Part shown: in pieces, positions 46,440-57,603 of the stretch
Numbering within the stretch: position 1 is the stretch's first letter
Layout of the letters: every line of letters starts with the position of its first letter
Origin: Eubacteriales bacterium
GTDB taxonomy: Bacteria > Bacillota > Clostridia > Peptostreptococcales > Anaerovoracaceae
Assembly: GCA_028692105.1 (NCBI GenBank)
Contig: JAQUYC010000008.1
Span: 2,097 to 66,096, forward strand
Length of the DNA: 64,000 nucleotides
Direction of reading: 5' to 3'
Notes under the pieces: generated by a model
Databases searched by the model: none
What the model was told of the DNA's origin: nothing
The model's input: the letters and a program-made list of their open reading frames with translations, nothing else
Translations under genes and position numbers: made by a program

Positions 46440-47382
46440 TGTCTCACTAAATAATCCTTTTTTTCTGGCTCCTTTGGCAGGCATCACCGATTCACCCTTC
46501 AGGAGAATTTGTAAGGAACAGGGAGCCGGCCTTGTATATTCAGAAATGATCAGCGGCAAAGGGCTATACTACAATGATAAGGCAACAGAAAGACTTCTCA
46601 GAATTTATGAGGATGAGAAGCCCGTTGCATTTCAGATCTTTGGCTCCGAACCGGATATAATAGCTGATGCCGCAAAAAGGCTTGCGAACAGAGAAAACTG
46701 CATTTTAGACATCAATATGGGCTGTCCGGTACCAAAGGTAATAAAAAATGGAGAAGGATCAGCATTGCTGAAGAATCCTGATCTTGTGGGCGCCATCGTA
46801 GAAGCGGCAGTTTCATCGGCAGGAAAGCCGGTTACGGTAAAGATCCGGATAGGCTGGGATGCCGAAAGCATCAATGCCGTCCAGATTGCCAAGGTGGCAG
46901 AAGCTGCGGGTGCCGATGCGATAGGAGTTCACGGAAGAACCAGGGAACAATACTATTCCGGAAAAGCAGACTGGGATGTAATACGGCAGGTGAAAAAGGC
47001 CGTATCGATTCCGGTAATCGGAAACGGCGACGTTTTTTCCGGTATAGATGCAATAAGACTAATCGAATATACCGGATGCGATTTTGTAATGATTGCCAGA
47101 GGTGCATTGGGGAATCCTTGGATATTTAGAGAAGCGCTAACATTATGGAAAGGGCAGACACCCCCTCCTCCGCCGACTATAGAAGAAAAAATCGAACTTA
47201 TACTTAGGCATTTTGATTTACTTCTTGAAGAAAAGGGTGAGTATGCCGCGGTAAGAGAAATGAGGAAGCATGCGGGCTGGTATTTGAAAGGTATTCCGGG
47301 TTCTGCAGCAGTCAGAAGGGAATTGAACTCTGTAATCGAGGCTGAAATTCTGAAAGAAAAACTCTCTCAAATACTGGCATAG
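46426..47382 (+). CDS. dusB: tRNA-dihydrouridine synthase B
   Basis: [28 protein letters not shown] and [13 protein letters not shown]. Confidence 0.92.
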   Translation: MNIGNVSLNNPFFLAPLAGITDSPFRRICKEQGAGLVYSEMISGKGLYYNDKATERLLRIYEDEKPVAFQIFGSEPDIIADAAKRLANRENCILDINMGCPVPKVIKNGEGSALLKNPDLVGAIVEAAVSSAGKPVTVKIRIGWDAESINAVQIAKVAEAAGADAIGVHGRTREQYYSGKADWDVIRQVKKAVSIPVIGNGDVFSGIDAIRLIEYTGCDFVMIARGALGNPWIFREALTLWKGQTPPPPPTIEEKIELILRHFDLLLEEKGEYAAVREMRKHAGWYLKGIPGSAAVRRELNSVIEAEILKEKLSQILA

Positions 47383-47403
47383 ATGATGAAATTGTCATGT
47401 TCC

Positions 47404-47432
47404 TTGACTTTTATTAGGGAACAATTTATAAT
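47404..47432 (+). promoter_or_regulatory. Consensus-like sigma-A promoter of greA
   Basis: TTGACT - 17 nt - TATAAT. Confidence 0.6.
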
Positions 47433-47500
47433 ATTGCGCATATGGGCGCATCTTTTGGACTATAATGGGACCAATAAATAGTAATAAAGGAGATAATAAA

Positions 47501-47974
47501 ATGGCTGATGAAATGCTGTTGACAAGAGAAGGCTATGATAAAATTGTTATAGAGCATGAAGAACTGGTTACGGTTAGAAGAAAAGAAGTTGCCGAAAGAA
47601 TCAAAGAGGCGATCTCTTATGGTGATATATCTGAAAACTCTGAATACGACTCGGCGAAGAATGAACAGGCTGAGCTTGAGGAGAGGATAAATAAATTAGA
47701 AAACATGTTGCGTAAAGCAAGAATAATAGATGAAAACGCTATACCGAAGGACCGTGTTGGAGTAGGCTTGAAGGTAAAGGTGAAAGAACTTGGCACAGAT
47801 GAAATTCTGGAATTTGCTATTGTTGGTTCAACAGAGGCAGATCCGTTCAATGGAAAAATCTCAAATGAATCTCTCGTTGGAGCAGCTCTTCTGGGAAAAA
47901 TGAAGGAAGAAATAGCAGAGGTCCATGTGCCTGACGGAGTCGTAAACTACCAGATAATAGATATCTTTAGATAG
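47501..47974 (+). CDS. greA: Transcription elongation factor GreA
   Basis: LTREGYDKI, GDISENSEYDSAKNEQA and a C-terminal FKBP-like domain. The start at 47501 follows AAAGGAG. Confidence 0.92.
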   Translation: MADEMLLTREGYDKIVIEHEELVTVRRKEVAERIKEAISYGDISENSEYDSAKNEQAELEERINKLENMLRKARIIDENAIPKDRVGVGLKVKVKELGTDEILEFAIVGSTEADPFNGKISNESLVGAALLGKMKEEIAEVHVPDGVVNYQIIDIFR

Positions 47975-48043
47975 ATGATTCAAAAAACAGCGCAATTAAT
48001 TAAGGCTTCATATAGCAAATGAACCCGGAAAAGAGGATATGTT

Positions 48044-49567
48044 ATGAGTACAGAGGACAATAGAGCGCAGATAGAGACGGAAGCGGGAACAGAAGCGGAA
48101 ATAACCGAAGAAAGCTTAAACGAACTTAGATTGGTAAGACGCGAAAAGCTAAAAAAACTTCAGGAATCAGGAAGAAATCCATTTTTAGTTGAAACCTGGG
48201 ATGTGACAGACTACAGCAAAGACATCAAGGATAACTTTGATGCCATGGAGGGTAAAACTGTTATATGTGCAGGCAGAATAATGGCTAAGCGCCAGATGGG
48301 TAAGGCTTCTTTTATTGATATTCAGGACAAGCAAAGCAGAATCCAATGCTACATCAGGCAGGATGTAATTACACCGGAGGAATATGAAATTTTCCTTACT
48401 TATGATATTGGCGATATCGTTGGCATAGTTGGTGAAGTATTCAGAACAAGACATGGCGAGATCTCAATAAAAATTAGTGAGATAAAGCTGCTGACGAAGT
48501 CTTTGCAGATACTTCCAAACAAATTTCAAGGGTTGAAGGATCTTGATATCAGATATCGTCAGAGATATGTGGACCTTATAATGAACCCGGAAGTAAGGGA
48601 GACATTTATACTTCGTTCAAAGATGATTAAAGAAATAAAAAGGTTCCTCGAAGGCAGAGGATTTTTGGAAGTCGACACGCCGATCTTGACGACTATAGCT
48701 GGAGGAGCAAATGCAAGGCCTTTCGTTACACATCATAATACACTTGACTTGGACATGAAGCTTCGAATTTCAAATGAACTTTACCTGAAAAGGCTAATTG
48801 TCGGAGGATTTGACCGTGTCTATGAAATGGGCAAGATGTTCCGTAACGAAGGAATGGATAGAAACCACAATCCGGAATTTACATCCATGGAGCTGTATCA
48901 GGCATACGGAAATATGGAAGATATGATGGATATTACCGAAAATGTTATCGCAACAGTTGCTCAGAACGTACTGGGAACCATGGTAATAGAGTATCAAGGA
49001 AAAACTTTCGACCTTACCCCGCCCTGGGAGCGCTTGTCCATGCAGGATGCCGTGAAGAAATGGGTAGGAGAGGATTTTGATAAAATCACTACAGATGAAG
49101 AAGCAAGAGAAGCAGCAAAAAGACATAATATTGAAGATGCAGATAAGATGAGCAGAGGTCACGTTATATGTGCATTATTTGAAGGATATTGCGAAGAATA
49201 CCTTGATGGCCCTGTATTTATTACAGGACATCCGGTAGAGGTTTCACCTTTAGCCAAAAGAGATCCAAAGGATCCCAGGATAACTCGAAGGTTTGAGGCG
49301 TATATCAATACATGGGAGATAGCTAATGCATTTTCGGAACTGAACGATCCCATCGATCAATATCAGAGATTTAAGGACCAGCAGGAACAACTTGAAAAAG
49401 GCGACGATGAAGCCCATCCGATGGATGAAGATTTTGTGAATGCCCTCGAAGTTGGAATGCCGCCCACAGGAGGTCTGGGTATCGGAATCGACCGTGTGAT
49501 CATGCTGTTGACGAATTCGGCGTCGATACGTGATATTATCTTATTCCCAACGATGAAACCGCTCTAG
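48044..49567 (+). CDS. lysS: Lysyl-tRNA synthetase (class II)
   Basis: OB-fold N-domain. Class II motifs FRNEG, ELYQAY and [14 protein letters not shown]. Confidence 0.95.
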   Translation: MSTEDNRAQIETEAGTEAEITEESLNELRLVRREKLKKLQESGRNPFLVETWDVTDYSKDIKDNFDAMEGKTVICAGRIMAKRQMGKASFIDIQDKQSRIQCYIRQDVITPEEYEIFLTYDIGDIVGIVGEVFRTRHGEISIKISEIKLLTKSLQILPNKFQGLKDLDIRYRQRYVDLIMNPEVRETFILRSKMIKEIKRFLEGRGFLEVDTPILTTIAGGANARPFVTHHNTLDLDMKLRISNELYLKRLIVGGFDRVYEMGKMFRNEGMDRNHNPEFTSMELYQAYGNMEDMMDITENVIATVAQNVLGTMVIEYQGKTFDLTPPWERLSMQDAVKKWVGEDFDKITTDEEAREAAKRHNIEDADKMSRGHVICALFEGYCEEYLDGPVFITGHPVEVSPLAKRDPKDPRITRRFEAYINTWEIANAFSELNDPIDQYQRFKDQQEQLEKGDDEAHPMDEDFVNALEVGMPPTGGLGIGIDRVIMLLTNSASIRDIILFPTMKPL

Positions 49568-49622
49568 GCTTATCTAAATTCCGCAATACTGAGGTACGTT
49601 CCGAAAAATAGATATGAATTGG

Positions 49623-49650
49623 GAAAGTTTGCTTGAGCAAACTTTCTTTT
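49623..49650 (+). terminator. Rho-independent terminator after lysS
   Basis: GAAAGTTTGC-TTGA-GCAAACTTTC followed by TTTT. Confidence 0.7.
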
Positions 49651-49681
49651 CGATAATAAAATATGAATGAAGGAGTTAGAG

Positions 49682-51076
49682 ATGAAAGATATTCAGTTGC
49701 GACAGCTCTATGCAAATTCAAAGCAGTATGCCGGACAAGAGGTCATCGTCAGGGGCTGGGTCAGAACGAACAGAAGCTCAAACAAATTTGGTTTTGTTGA
49801 GATTAATGACGGCAGCTGCTTTAAATCGGTTCAGGTTGTTTATGAAGAAGGAAACATAACGAACTACGATAAGGTTTCTAAAGCATCTATATCCGCAGCG
49901 CTTTGTGTTACCGGCGAGCTCGTATTGACGCCGGAATCCAGGCAGCCATTCGAAATCAAAGCAAAAGAAGTGATAATCGAGGCTGACTCCGATACGGATT
50001 ACCCTCTTCAGAAGAAACGTCACAGCTTGGAATTTCTGAGAGAGATTGCACATCTAAGGCCGAGAAGCAACACTTTTTCCGCAGTGTTCAGGGTAAGATC
50101 ACTTGTTGCTTACGCCATACATCAATTTTTCCAGGATAATAACTTTGTTTACGTCCATACCCCGATAATAACAGGAAGCGATGCTGAGGGAGCGGGAGAA
50201 ATGTTCCGGGTAACTACTCTAAATATGGACAAGCCGCCTAAAAATGGAGACGGGAATATAGATTACAGCCAGGATTTCTTTGGTAAGGAGACAAACCTTA
50301 CGGTTAGCGGTCAGCTTGAGGCGGAGACCTTTGCAATGGCGTTCAGGAATGTTTATACATTCGGACCAACCTTTCGTGCGGAAAACTCCAATACTGCCAG
50401 GCATGCCTCGGAATTCTGGATGATCGAGCCGGAGGTCGCCTTTGCCGACATCAACGACAATATGGAACTTGCAGAAAACATGATCAAGTATATCATTAAC
50501 TACATTCTTGAGCATGCTCAGGAAGAAATGAAGTTTTTTAATGAGTTTATCGATAAAGGTTTATTGGATAGGCTCAACAATATTGTCAGCAGCGATTTCG
50601 CAAGGATAACATATACGGAAGCAGTTGAGCTGCTGAAAAAATCCGGCAAGGAGTTTCAGTTCCCTGTGGAATGGGGCATTGACCTGCAGACGGAGCATGA
50701 AAGATATATTACGGAAGAGATTTATAAAAAGCCGGTATTCGTAACAAATTATCCAAAGGGAATCAAAGCATTTTATATGCGTATGAACGAGGATGGAGAA
50801 ACGGTAGCAGCGATGGATTTGCTGGTTCCCGGAGTCGGCGAGATTATAGGAGGAAGCCAGAGAGAAGAGCGCTACGATATGTTGATTTCAAGGATCAGAG
50901 AGCTTGGTCTCAATGAAAAGGATTACTGGTGGTATCTTGATCTGAGAAAATATGGGGGCGTAAAGCATGCCGGTTACGGTCTTGGCTTCGAAAGAATTAT
51001 CATGTACATTACCGGAATGAGCAATATAAGAGATGTGCTGCCTTTCCCGAGGACACCAAAATCAGCTGAATTTTAA
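49682..51076 (+). CDS. asnS: Asparaginyl-tRNA synthetase
   Basis: [44 protein letters not shown] and [12 protein letters not shown] at 49682 follows AAGGAG. Confidence 0.93.
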   Translation: MKDIQLRQLYANSKQYAGQEVIVRGWVRTNRSSNKFGFVEINDGSCFKSVQVVYEEGNITNYDKVSKASISAALCVTGELVLTPESRQPFEIKAKEVIIEADSDTDYPLQKKRHSLEFLREIAHLRPRSNTFSAVFRVRSLVAYAIHQFFQDNNFVYVHTPIITGSDAEGAGEMFRVTTLNMDKPPKNGDGNIDYSQDFFGKETNLTVSGQLEAETFAMAFRNVYTFGPTFRAENSNTARHASEFWMIEPEVAFADINDNMELAENMIKYIINYILEHAQEEMKFFNEFIDKGLLDRLNNIVSSDFARITYTEAVELLKKSGKEFQFPVEWGIDLQTEHERYITEEIYKKPVFVTNYPKGIKAFYMRMNEDGETVAAMDLLVPGVGEIIGGSQREERYDMLISRIRELGLNEKDYWWYLDLRKYGGVKHAGYGLGFERIIMYITGMSNIRDVLPFPRTPKSAEF

Positions 51077-51119
51077 CATCATCGAGACCCGCTTTTAACC
51101 TTCAATGAAACTGAGGTTC

Positions 51120-51144
51120 AGCGTGCGTACACCGGCACGCTTTG
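51120..51144 (+). terminator. Terminator-like hairpin after asnS
   Basis: AGCGTGC-GTACACCG-GCACGCT followed by TTG. Confidence 0.4.
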
Positions 51145-51223
51145 ATGCCTTTTATATTTGCTATTCGAATCAATAAATGATATACTAACTCTACTATGTG
51201 AAATTTTTATGGGAGGTCTGAAC

Positions 51224-53164
51224 ATGAAAGGCTATACGAGCGACACTATTAGGAACGTTGCACTTGTAGGACATGGCGGATGTGGGAAAACCACTTTTTT
51301 AGAGGCCGCATTGCTCGCTACAGGAGTAATTAATAGACTGGGCAAGGTAGAAGACGGAAACACGGTATCAGATTATGATAAGATGGAGATAGAAAAAGGT
51401 TATACAATCAGTACATCGATTGTGCCGGTTGAATACAATAAAGTTAAGATTAATTTTATTGATACGCCTGGATATTTTGATTTTATCGGAGAAGTAAACT
51501 CTGCTATGAGGGCTGTTGAAGCAGCTGTAATCATTGTTGACGCGTCGGCCGGGATACAGGTTGGTACGGAAAAGGCATGGAAATCATGTAAAGAATATAA
51601 CATGCCTACTTTTATTCTCCTCAATAAAATTGACAAGGAAAATGTCGATGTGGATAAGGTTATCGCTGACTTAAAGAATAAGTTTGGTACATCCATAGTT
51701 CAGTTGTCTGAGAAGGATACCCTTATTGAAGCGGTTGCCGAAAGCAATGAAGAGCTATTAGAGAAGTTCTTTAATGGTGAAGAATTTACTGAAGAGGAAT
51801 TTAATCGCGGATTGGTGGCGGGTATTTCTTCAGGCAGCATTATTCCTGTGATGACTTGCGGCGCTTTGGACGGTAAAGGGATTAAAGAATTCCTGGACAC
51901 GCTGATAAGGTATGTCCCAAATGCAAAGGACCATGCTGAATATATAGGATCGGATGATCAAGACAATGAAATCAGCAGGAAGTGCGATCCGGCAGCTCCG
52001 GTATCAGCATTTGTCTTTAAAACGATTGCCGACCCGTTTGTAGGAAAAATTTCACTGATGAAAGTGATTTCAGGCAAAATAAATTCCGGAGCGGAAGTAT
52101 ATAATCCCAGAACAGAGAAATCTGAAAAGCTGGGTAACTTGTTCTTCCTGAGAGGTAAAACACAGATGGATGCTGATGCGGCAATGGCAGGTGATATTGT
52201 TGCGGCAGCCAAGCTACAGTTTACTCAAACCGGAGATACCCTTTGCGATAAGGCAAATATCATTAAATATTCACCTGTTTCATTCCCTGAACCATCCCTT
52301 TATATGGCAGTTGAACCCAAGGCTAAGGGCGATGATGAAAAGATTAGCTCCGGTCTTCACAAACTCATGGAAGAAGATCCATCCTTCGTACTTGAAAGAA
52401 ATACAGAAACTCACCAGACACTGATTGGCGGACAGGGAGATATACAAATTGGTATTATTACTGCTAAGCTGAAAGATAAATTCGGTGTAGAAGTACAATT
52501 GGTAGATCAGAAAATACCATACAGAGAAACAATAAAAGGAAGTTCTGACGTTCAGGGTAAACACAAGAAGCAATCCGGCGGTGCAGGGCAATACGGAGAT
52601 GTTCATATCAGGTTCTCACAGTCTCAGGAAGTCTTTGAATTCTCAGAAGAACTCTTTGGCGGTTCTGTCCCAAAGAACTATGTGCCGGCAGTTGAAAAGG
52701 GTCTTAGAGAATCCATGGATAAAGGACCTCTTGCGGGCTTCCCTGTTGTAAATATCAAAGCAGTCTTTTATGACGGTTCTTACCACGATGTTGACTCTAA
52801 CGAAATGGCATTTAAAATTGCCGCATCGCTTGCATTTAAAAAGGGTATTGTAGAAGCGAAACCGATTCTTCTTGAACCCGTTATGCACGTTGAGGTCCAG
52901 GTTCCCGATGAATATATGGGCGACATAATGGGTGACATGAACAAGAGAAGAGGGAAGATTCTCGGAATGGAGCCACAGCATGGCGGCGGCCAAAAAGTTC
53001 TTGCTGAAGCTCCAATGGCAGAGATGTTTAAATATGCCATCACACTTCGTTCCATGACACAGGCGAGGGGAAGCTTTACAATGAAATTTGAACGCTATGA
53101 AGAAGTCCCTGCACACCTTGCAGAAAAGATCATTGCAGAGCATAAGAAGGAAACTGAGGAATAA
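51224..53164 (+). CDS. Elongation factor G paralogue (EF-G2-like translational GTPase)
   Basis: G1 GHGGCGKTT, G3 DTPGYFDF, G4 NKID. Domains II-V are recognisable (HKKQSGGAGQYGDV, EPVMHVEVQVP). Start at 51224 after GGGAGG. Confidence 0.85.
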   Translation: MKGYTSDTIRNVALVGHGGCGKTTFLEAALLATGVINRLGKVEDGNTVSDYDKMEIEKGYTISTSIVPVEYNKVKINFIDTPGYFDFIGEVNSAMRAVEAAVIIVDASAGIQVGTEKAWKSCKEYNMPTFILLNKIDKENVDVDKVIADLKNKFGTSIVQLSEKDTLIEAVAESNEELLEKFFNGEEFTEEEFNRGLVAGISSGSIIPVMTCGALDGKGIKEFLDTLIRYVPNAKDHAEYIGSDDQDNEISRKCDPAAPVSAFVFKTIADPFVGKISLMKVISGKINSGAEVYNPRTEKSEKLGNLFFLRGKTQMDADAAMAGDIVAAAKLQFTQTGDTLCDKANIIKYSPVSFPEPSLYMAVEPKAKGDDEKISSGLHKLMEEDPSFVLERNTETHQTLIGGQGDIQIGIITAKLKDKFGVEVQLVDQKIPYRETIKGSSDVQGKHKKQSGGAGQYGDVHIRFSQSQEVFEFSEELFGGSVPKNYVPAVEKGLRESMDKGPLAGFPVVNIKAVFYDGSYHDVDSNEMAFKIAASLAFKKGIVEAKPILLEPVMHVEVQVPDEYMGDIMGDMNKRRGKILGMEPQHGGGQKVLAEAPMAEMFKYAITLRSMTQARGSFTMKFERYEEVPAHLAEKIIAEHKKETEE

Positions 53165-53193
53165 GCCTCAGTCTGATATCAGGATTAATCATC

Positions 53194-53225
53194 GGCAGCT
53201 TTACCTGGAGTAAAGCTGCCGTTTT
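53194..53225 (+). terminator. Rho-independent terminator
   Basis: GGCAGCTTTAC-CTGGA-GTAAAGCTGCC followed by GTTTT. Confidence 0.7.
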
Positions 53226-53248
53226 ACATCGTCTGAAGGGGGGCCTTA

Positions 53249-54628
53249 ATGAGCAAAAAATCAAGAACGGTTTTTGTCTGTCAGGAATGCGGCTTTGAAA
53301 GTCCCAAATGGCAGGGACAATGCATCTGCGGACAATGGAACACCATGGTTGAAGAAAAAGTAATAGAACATAAAGAAGATGATAAAAGGCACAGAGGAAA
53401 TTCGGGAAATATTATAAAAGCGAGCAAGCTGTCCGAAATAAGATCGGGCAGTGAGACCCGAATGGATACAGGTATAGGGGAACTGAACCGTGTCTTGGGG
53501 GGTGGGCTTGTGAAGGGTTCATTGACCTTGATCTCAGGAGAACCCGGAATAGGAAAATCCACTATTATCATACAGGCCGCTGCCAAAATAGCACAGAATT
53601 ACGGCAAGGTCTTATATGTCACCGGGGAGGAATCAGCGGAGCAGATTAAAATCCGTGCGGACAGAGTCTGCAAGGATTCATTAGACAACCTATTCCTTCT
53701 TGCAGAGACAAATATGGAAAACATAATACACGTACAGAATGAGCTTGAACCCGCATTTTTAATTATTGATTCCATCCAGACCATGTATTCGGAGGAGCTG
53801 GAATCTGCGCCGGGAAGCGTTTCTCAGGTAAGAGCCTGCGGAAATGAATTGATGAAAGTTGGAAAGGGGAAAAACATTCCTGTTTTTATCGTCGCCCATG
53901 TAACGAAAAGCGGAGACCTGGCAGGGCCAAAAATCATAGAGCACCTTGTAGATTGCGTTTTAAACTTTACGGGGGAGAGAGATCAGGACCTAAGAATACT
54001 GCGAGCATATAAGAACCGCTTCGGAACAACAAGTGAAATAGGTGCATTCGAAATGACGGAAGAAGGCTTAACTGAGATTCAGAATTTATCAAAGATCTTT
54101 CTTGAGGGGATGGAAGACGGAGCGGAAGGTTCCATGGCTACTGCCGTATATGAAGGCACTCGCCCGCTGCTGCTGGAAGTCCAGGCATTAACCGCACCGA
54201 CTAATATAGGATTTGCAAGAAGAACCGCATTAGGGGTTGATTTGCCCAGGTTAAATATGATACTTGCAGTATTGGAGAGAAAAGCAGGACTGTCTCTGAT
54301 CAATCAGGATGTTTATGTCAATATCGTCGGCGGATTAAAGCCGGACGGAACATGTATTGATCTGGCGGTTGCTCTTTCTATCTACTCTGCATTTAAAGGA
54401 TTAAAAGGTTCAATCAGGGTTATAGCCATCGGGGAAATCGGATTGACAGGAGATTTAAGATCGATACAGAATGTAGAAAAAATTGTTAAGGAAGCTGCCA
54501 GAATGGGTTTCACAAAGGTGATAATGCCGCAAAAAAATGCCGCCAGATTCAATGATATGCAAGGCGGCATAAGGGTGGTAGGTGTGAATAGCCTTAAAGA
54601 AGCAATTCAGATTATTGAGCAGCCATAA
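53249..54628 (+). CDS. radA: DNA repair protein RadA/Sms
   Basis: Zinc finger CQECGFESPKWQGQCICG. Walker A GEPGIGKST. KNRFG motif. Lon-protease-like C-terminal domain. Confidence 0.95.
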   Translation: MSKKSRTVFVCQECGFESPKWQGQCICGQWNTMVEEKVIEHKEDDKRHRGNSGNIIKASKLSEIRSGSETRMDTGIGELNRVLGGGLVKGSLTLISGEPGIGKSTIIIQAAAKIAQNYGKVLYVTGEESAEQIKIRADRVCKDSLDNLFLLAETNMENIIHVQNELEPAFLIIDSIQTMYSEELESAPGSVSQVRACGNELMKVGKGKNIPVFIVAHVTKSGDLAGPKIIEHLVDCVLNFTGERDQDLRILRAYKNRFGTTSEIGAFEMTEEGLTEIQNLSKIFLEGMEDGAEGSMATAVYEGTRPLLLEVQALTAPTNIGFARRTALGVDLPRLNMILAVLERKAGLSLINQDVYVNIVGGLKPDGTCIDLAVALSIYSAFKGLKGSIRVIAIGEIGLTGDLRSIQNVEKIVKEAARMGFTKVIMPQKNAARFNDMQGGIRVVGVNSLKEAIQIIEQP

Positions 54629-54635
54629 TTAGCGG

Positions 54636-54666
54636 TAGAAATCTGCAAATTTAAATTTGCGATTTC
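54636..54666. terminator. Palindromic hairpin between convergent radA and the 119-aa ORF
   Basis: AGAAATCTGCAAATTT/AAATTTGCGATTTCT, a near-perfect palindrome. Confidence 0.5.
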
Positions 54667-54721
54667 TTTAGTTAGACATCAATTTGTTTCACAAATTGGG
54701 CGAGCTAATAGATGTAAGTTT

Positions 54722-55081
54722 TTAATATCTTCTTCTTCGTCTGCCGAAGAATTCGTTAAGCAGTATGATAGTGATTAAATCATTAAAAAAGCCACCACCA
54801 TTGAACTGCTGTGCTTCAGCATAAGTATTTGAAATGCTGTACGCTGCAGCTGCCTCGAAAGACATTCCACGATACTGATCAGGGCGCACAAGATCCGGAT
54901 GTATTTTGCAGACATCCTCATAGATACGATCAGTGGTCTCCCTTACCATTGCAGGGGACAACATTTCATGATTGCTTACATCAAATTCGTCACATGCCAT
55001 CATGACAAAAGGCATGACTTTGTAATAAACTTCAGGATAGACGCATTGGTATGCCATGTTCAAGTCTTCTTGCATAAACAC
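54722..55081 (-). CDS. Hypothetical small protein with Arg-rich C-terminus
   Basis: ORF preceded by GGAGG 9 nt upstream of GTG. The sequence YPEVYYKVMPFVMMACDEFD...ends in FFGRRRRRY. No family recognised. Confidence 0.55.
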   Translation of the reverse strand: MFMQEDLNMAYQCVYPEVYYKVMPFVMMACDEFDVSNHEMLSPAMVRETTDRIYEDVCKIHPDLVRPDQYRGMSFEAAAAYSISNTYAEAQQFNGGGFFNDLITIILLNEFFGRRRRRY

Positions 55082-55183
55082 TCTTTATAACCTCCATCTT
55101 ATTATCGGGCTGATATTACACAGATATCAACTTCATCATAATATGCTTAATGATGCGAAAACGTTAAGGAAAGGGAAATAACA

Positions 55184-56080
55184 TTGGAAAATAAGCTGTT
55201 AAAAATAAGAAAAGCATATAAAGATGATCTGGAAAGTTTAAAGGAAATATGGAAACTGTGTTTTGAAGATGAAGACAGTTATATTGATTTTTATTTCAGT
55301 AACAGGGACTGGACAAGTGAAATGGCAGTCCTGTTGCTTGACGGCAGCATTATATCGATGCTGACAATGATACCGGTGGACCTGATTGAGGGAAACGGGA
55401 GAAAAATCAGGAGTTCAATGTTTTATGCAATAGCCACACATCCGCAATACAGGAAACGCGGGCTTGCCGACACACTGATGGAATGGAGCAGCAGATATCT
55501 TCTTTCAGATGACATACCCGTGACGGTTCTTGTCCCTGCGGAACCGGGACTTTTTGACTTTTATGACGGGCGTGGCTATAAGACAGCTTGTTTTATTCGT
55601 GAAGAAGTATTGACTCGAACGTTGATAGAAAAATTTTCCTACTCAAATCAGCAGGAATGCCGCCTTTATCCGGCAGAACCGGACAGGTATAATAGAATCA
55701 GAAAGAAGCTTCTTGCCGGTTTCCCTTATATAGATTACCGGGAAGCTGAGATTTTATATCAAAAAAAGGCATCACAATTATTTAGTGCTGATATTTACAC
55801 CATTATAGCCGGAAAAGAGGAGGGCTGTGCCATAGTGGAGAGAACAGAGGAAAAAGTTTTTATCAAAGAAATTTTGATCCCTCGCGGGTATCTGATATCA
55901 GCAGTTAAAGAGATCTCAAAACTGATGCCGGCTCAATACTATATATTGAGAACCCCATCCTTCACATTTGCATATGAAGGAATGGGAGGAAGTATCCGGC
56001 CTTTCGGCATGTTGAAGTCAAGCGGTCGTGTGACTGACATACATGCAAGAGACATTTATCTTGGAATCGCATTTGACTAA
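55184..56080 (+). CDS. GNAT family N-acetyltransferase with a C-terminal extension
   Basis: Acetyl-CoA binding motif YAIATHPQYRKRGLADTLM. TTG start after AAGGAAAGGGA. Confidence 0.75.
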   Translation: MENKLLKIRKAYKDDLESLKEIWKLCFEDEDSYIDFYFSNRDWTSEMAVLLLDGSIISMLTMIPVDLIEGNGRKIRSSMFYAIATHPQYRKRGLADTLMEWSSRYLLSDDIPVTVLVPAEPGLFDFYDGRGYKTACFIREEVLTRTLIEKFSYSNQQECRLYPAEPDRYNRIRKKLLAGFPYIDYREAEILYQKKASQLFSADIYTIIAGKEEGCAIVERTEEKVFIKEILIPRGYLISAVKEISKLMPAQYYILRTPSFTFAYEGMGGSIRPFGMLKSSGRVTDIHARDIYLGIAFD

Positions 56081-56106
56081 AGTCTCAAAATTCTGTCCGG
56101 TGATTC

Positions 56107-57357
56107 TTATTTTTCTCCTGCGTAGATCTTTTTCAGCTTTGCAAACCTTGGCAGCCCATCAACCATTGGGATTGTGCATTCTCCCTGAATAAGAGGAAGT
56201 GCATAATCTATGAACGGCTGAAGCAATCCGTTACCGGCTTCATTTATCCATTCGCGAGGCAGCTTCTTTTCTACATTGGCGACTTCCACAAGATCGATCA
56301 GTGTGGTATGACAGGAGTATCCCGGTCCTGGTCCTCGTTCAAAGGCTACCATTTTATCAGTTTCGCCTGCCTCGGCGGCCTTAAAAGCATCAGCTCCGGC
56401 CATATATGCCTCTCTTACGTCTGTTTCTGAAGCCACATGTGCAGCACAGCGCTGTATCAGACCGAATTCAATCCCTTTGACTTTCGCATTAATTTTGGCA
56501 TTCGCATAGTTCGCAAGATTGGCAGCCAAACCGCCAAGTTTTGCATGCCCAAATACATCTGTTTCCTTCGTGTCATCGGTAAAATATGATGTAATATATG
56601 ATCCGTTTTTATCCTTGATGCCTTCTGAAACGGCAACCAGCACATCACCTTTTCTCTCATAAACCTTAGCGATATCAGAAATGAAATCAGCCATATCAAA
56701 CGGTATCTCGGGTAAGTAGATCAGATCCGGCCCGATACCTTTATATGTAGCAATTGCTGAGGCAGCAACCAGCCATCCCGCATTTCTGCCCATGATTTCA
56801 ATCACGGTTATAGATCCGGTATCATATACCGTGGAGTCTCGATAGATTTCCATGCATGTAGTTGCAATGTATTTAGCAGCGCTGCCGTAACCGGGGCTAT
56901 GATCTGTGCAAGCCAGATCATTGTCAATGGTTTTCGGAATTCCAATCACCCGGCATTCATAATCATGTTGAGAAAGGTAGCTGCTGATCTTGCTGCAGGT
57001 ATCCATTGAATCGTTACCGCCGTTATAGAAAAAGTAACGTATATTATACTTTTCGAATATATCCAGAATTCTCCTATATTCAGTATCGTCGACCAGGAAA
57101 TCCCTGAGCTTATATCTGCAGGTCCCTAAAACCGATGATGGGGTATTCATCATAAGGCTTAGTTCTTTAGGGTCTTCAAGATTTAAATCATAAAGACGAT
57201 CATCTAATACTCCTTTTATACCGTGAGCAGCTCCATAAACGCGTGTTACGGCATCCGATTTTAAAGCTGCTTCAATGCAGCCTAATGCACTGGCGTTAAT
57301 TACTGCTGTCGGACCCCCCGACTGACCTATAAGGCAGGCACCTTTTAATATAGACAT
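56107..57357 (-). CDS. pfp: Pyrophosphate-dependent 6-phosphofructokinase (PFK family)
   Basis: GQSGGPTAVINAS. GGNDS has Asp where ATP-PFKs have Gly in GGDGS. PKTIDND has Lys where ATP-PFKs have Gly. Both residues are diagnostic of PPi dependence. MGRNAGW. Confidence 0.85.
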   Translation of the reverse strand: MSILKGACLIGQSGGPTAVINASALGCIEAALKSDAVTRVYGAAHGIKGVLDDRLYDLNLEDPKELSLMMNTPSSVLGTCRYKLRDFLVDDTEYRRILDIFEKYNIRYFFYNGGNDSMDTCSKISSYLSQHDYECRVIGIPKTIDNDLACTDHSPGYGSAAKYIATTCMEIYRDSTVYDTGSITVIEIMGRNAGWLVAASAIATYKGIGPDLIYLPEIPFDMADFISDIAKVYERKGDVLVAVSEGIKDKNGSYITSYFTDDTKETDVFGHAKLGGLAANLANYANAKINAKVKGIEFGLIQRCAAHVASETDVREAYMAGADAFKAAEAGETDKMVAFERGPGPGYSCHTTLIDLVEVANVEKKLPREWINEAGNGLLQPFIDYALPLIQGECTIPMVDGLPRFAKLKKIYAGEK

Positions 57358-57547
57358 AGTTTTACCTCCATAACACTATTTGGTAATTAAATTCTATCAT
57401 ATGCTAAAAATACCGCAAGTTATTTTACCGGATTTGCACGGAAAATCATGTGAATGTGATGGAAAAGTAAAAAAATATTTGATGAAGAAGTAAAAAAATA
57501 TCCATTGACACTTAAAAAACAATGTGATAGACTGATGAATTGTTTCC

Positions 57548-57577
57548 TTGACAGTACCTTTTGGTTTGGCTTATACT
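57548..57577 (+). promoter_or_regulatory. Candidate sigma-A promoter of carD
   Basis: TTGACA - 18 nt - TATACT. Confidence 0.5.
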
Positions 57578-57603
57578 GTTATAAGAGACTGGAGGGCTTT
57601 GTT

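Noticed and set aside
52643-53143. 166-aa minus-strand ORF antisense to the EF-G paralogue. Similar antisense ORFs occur in yacL (58531-59073), ribBA (12290-12754) and proS (61732-62136).
   Set aside because: They are embedded antisense to conserved genes. The translations have no motifs and unusual composition, so they are treated as spurious.
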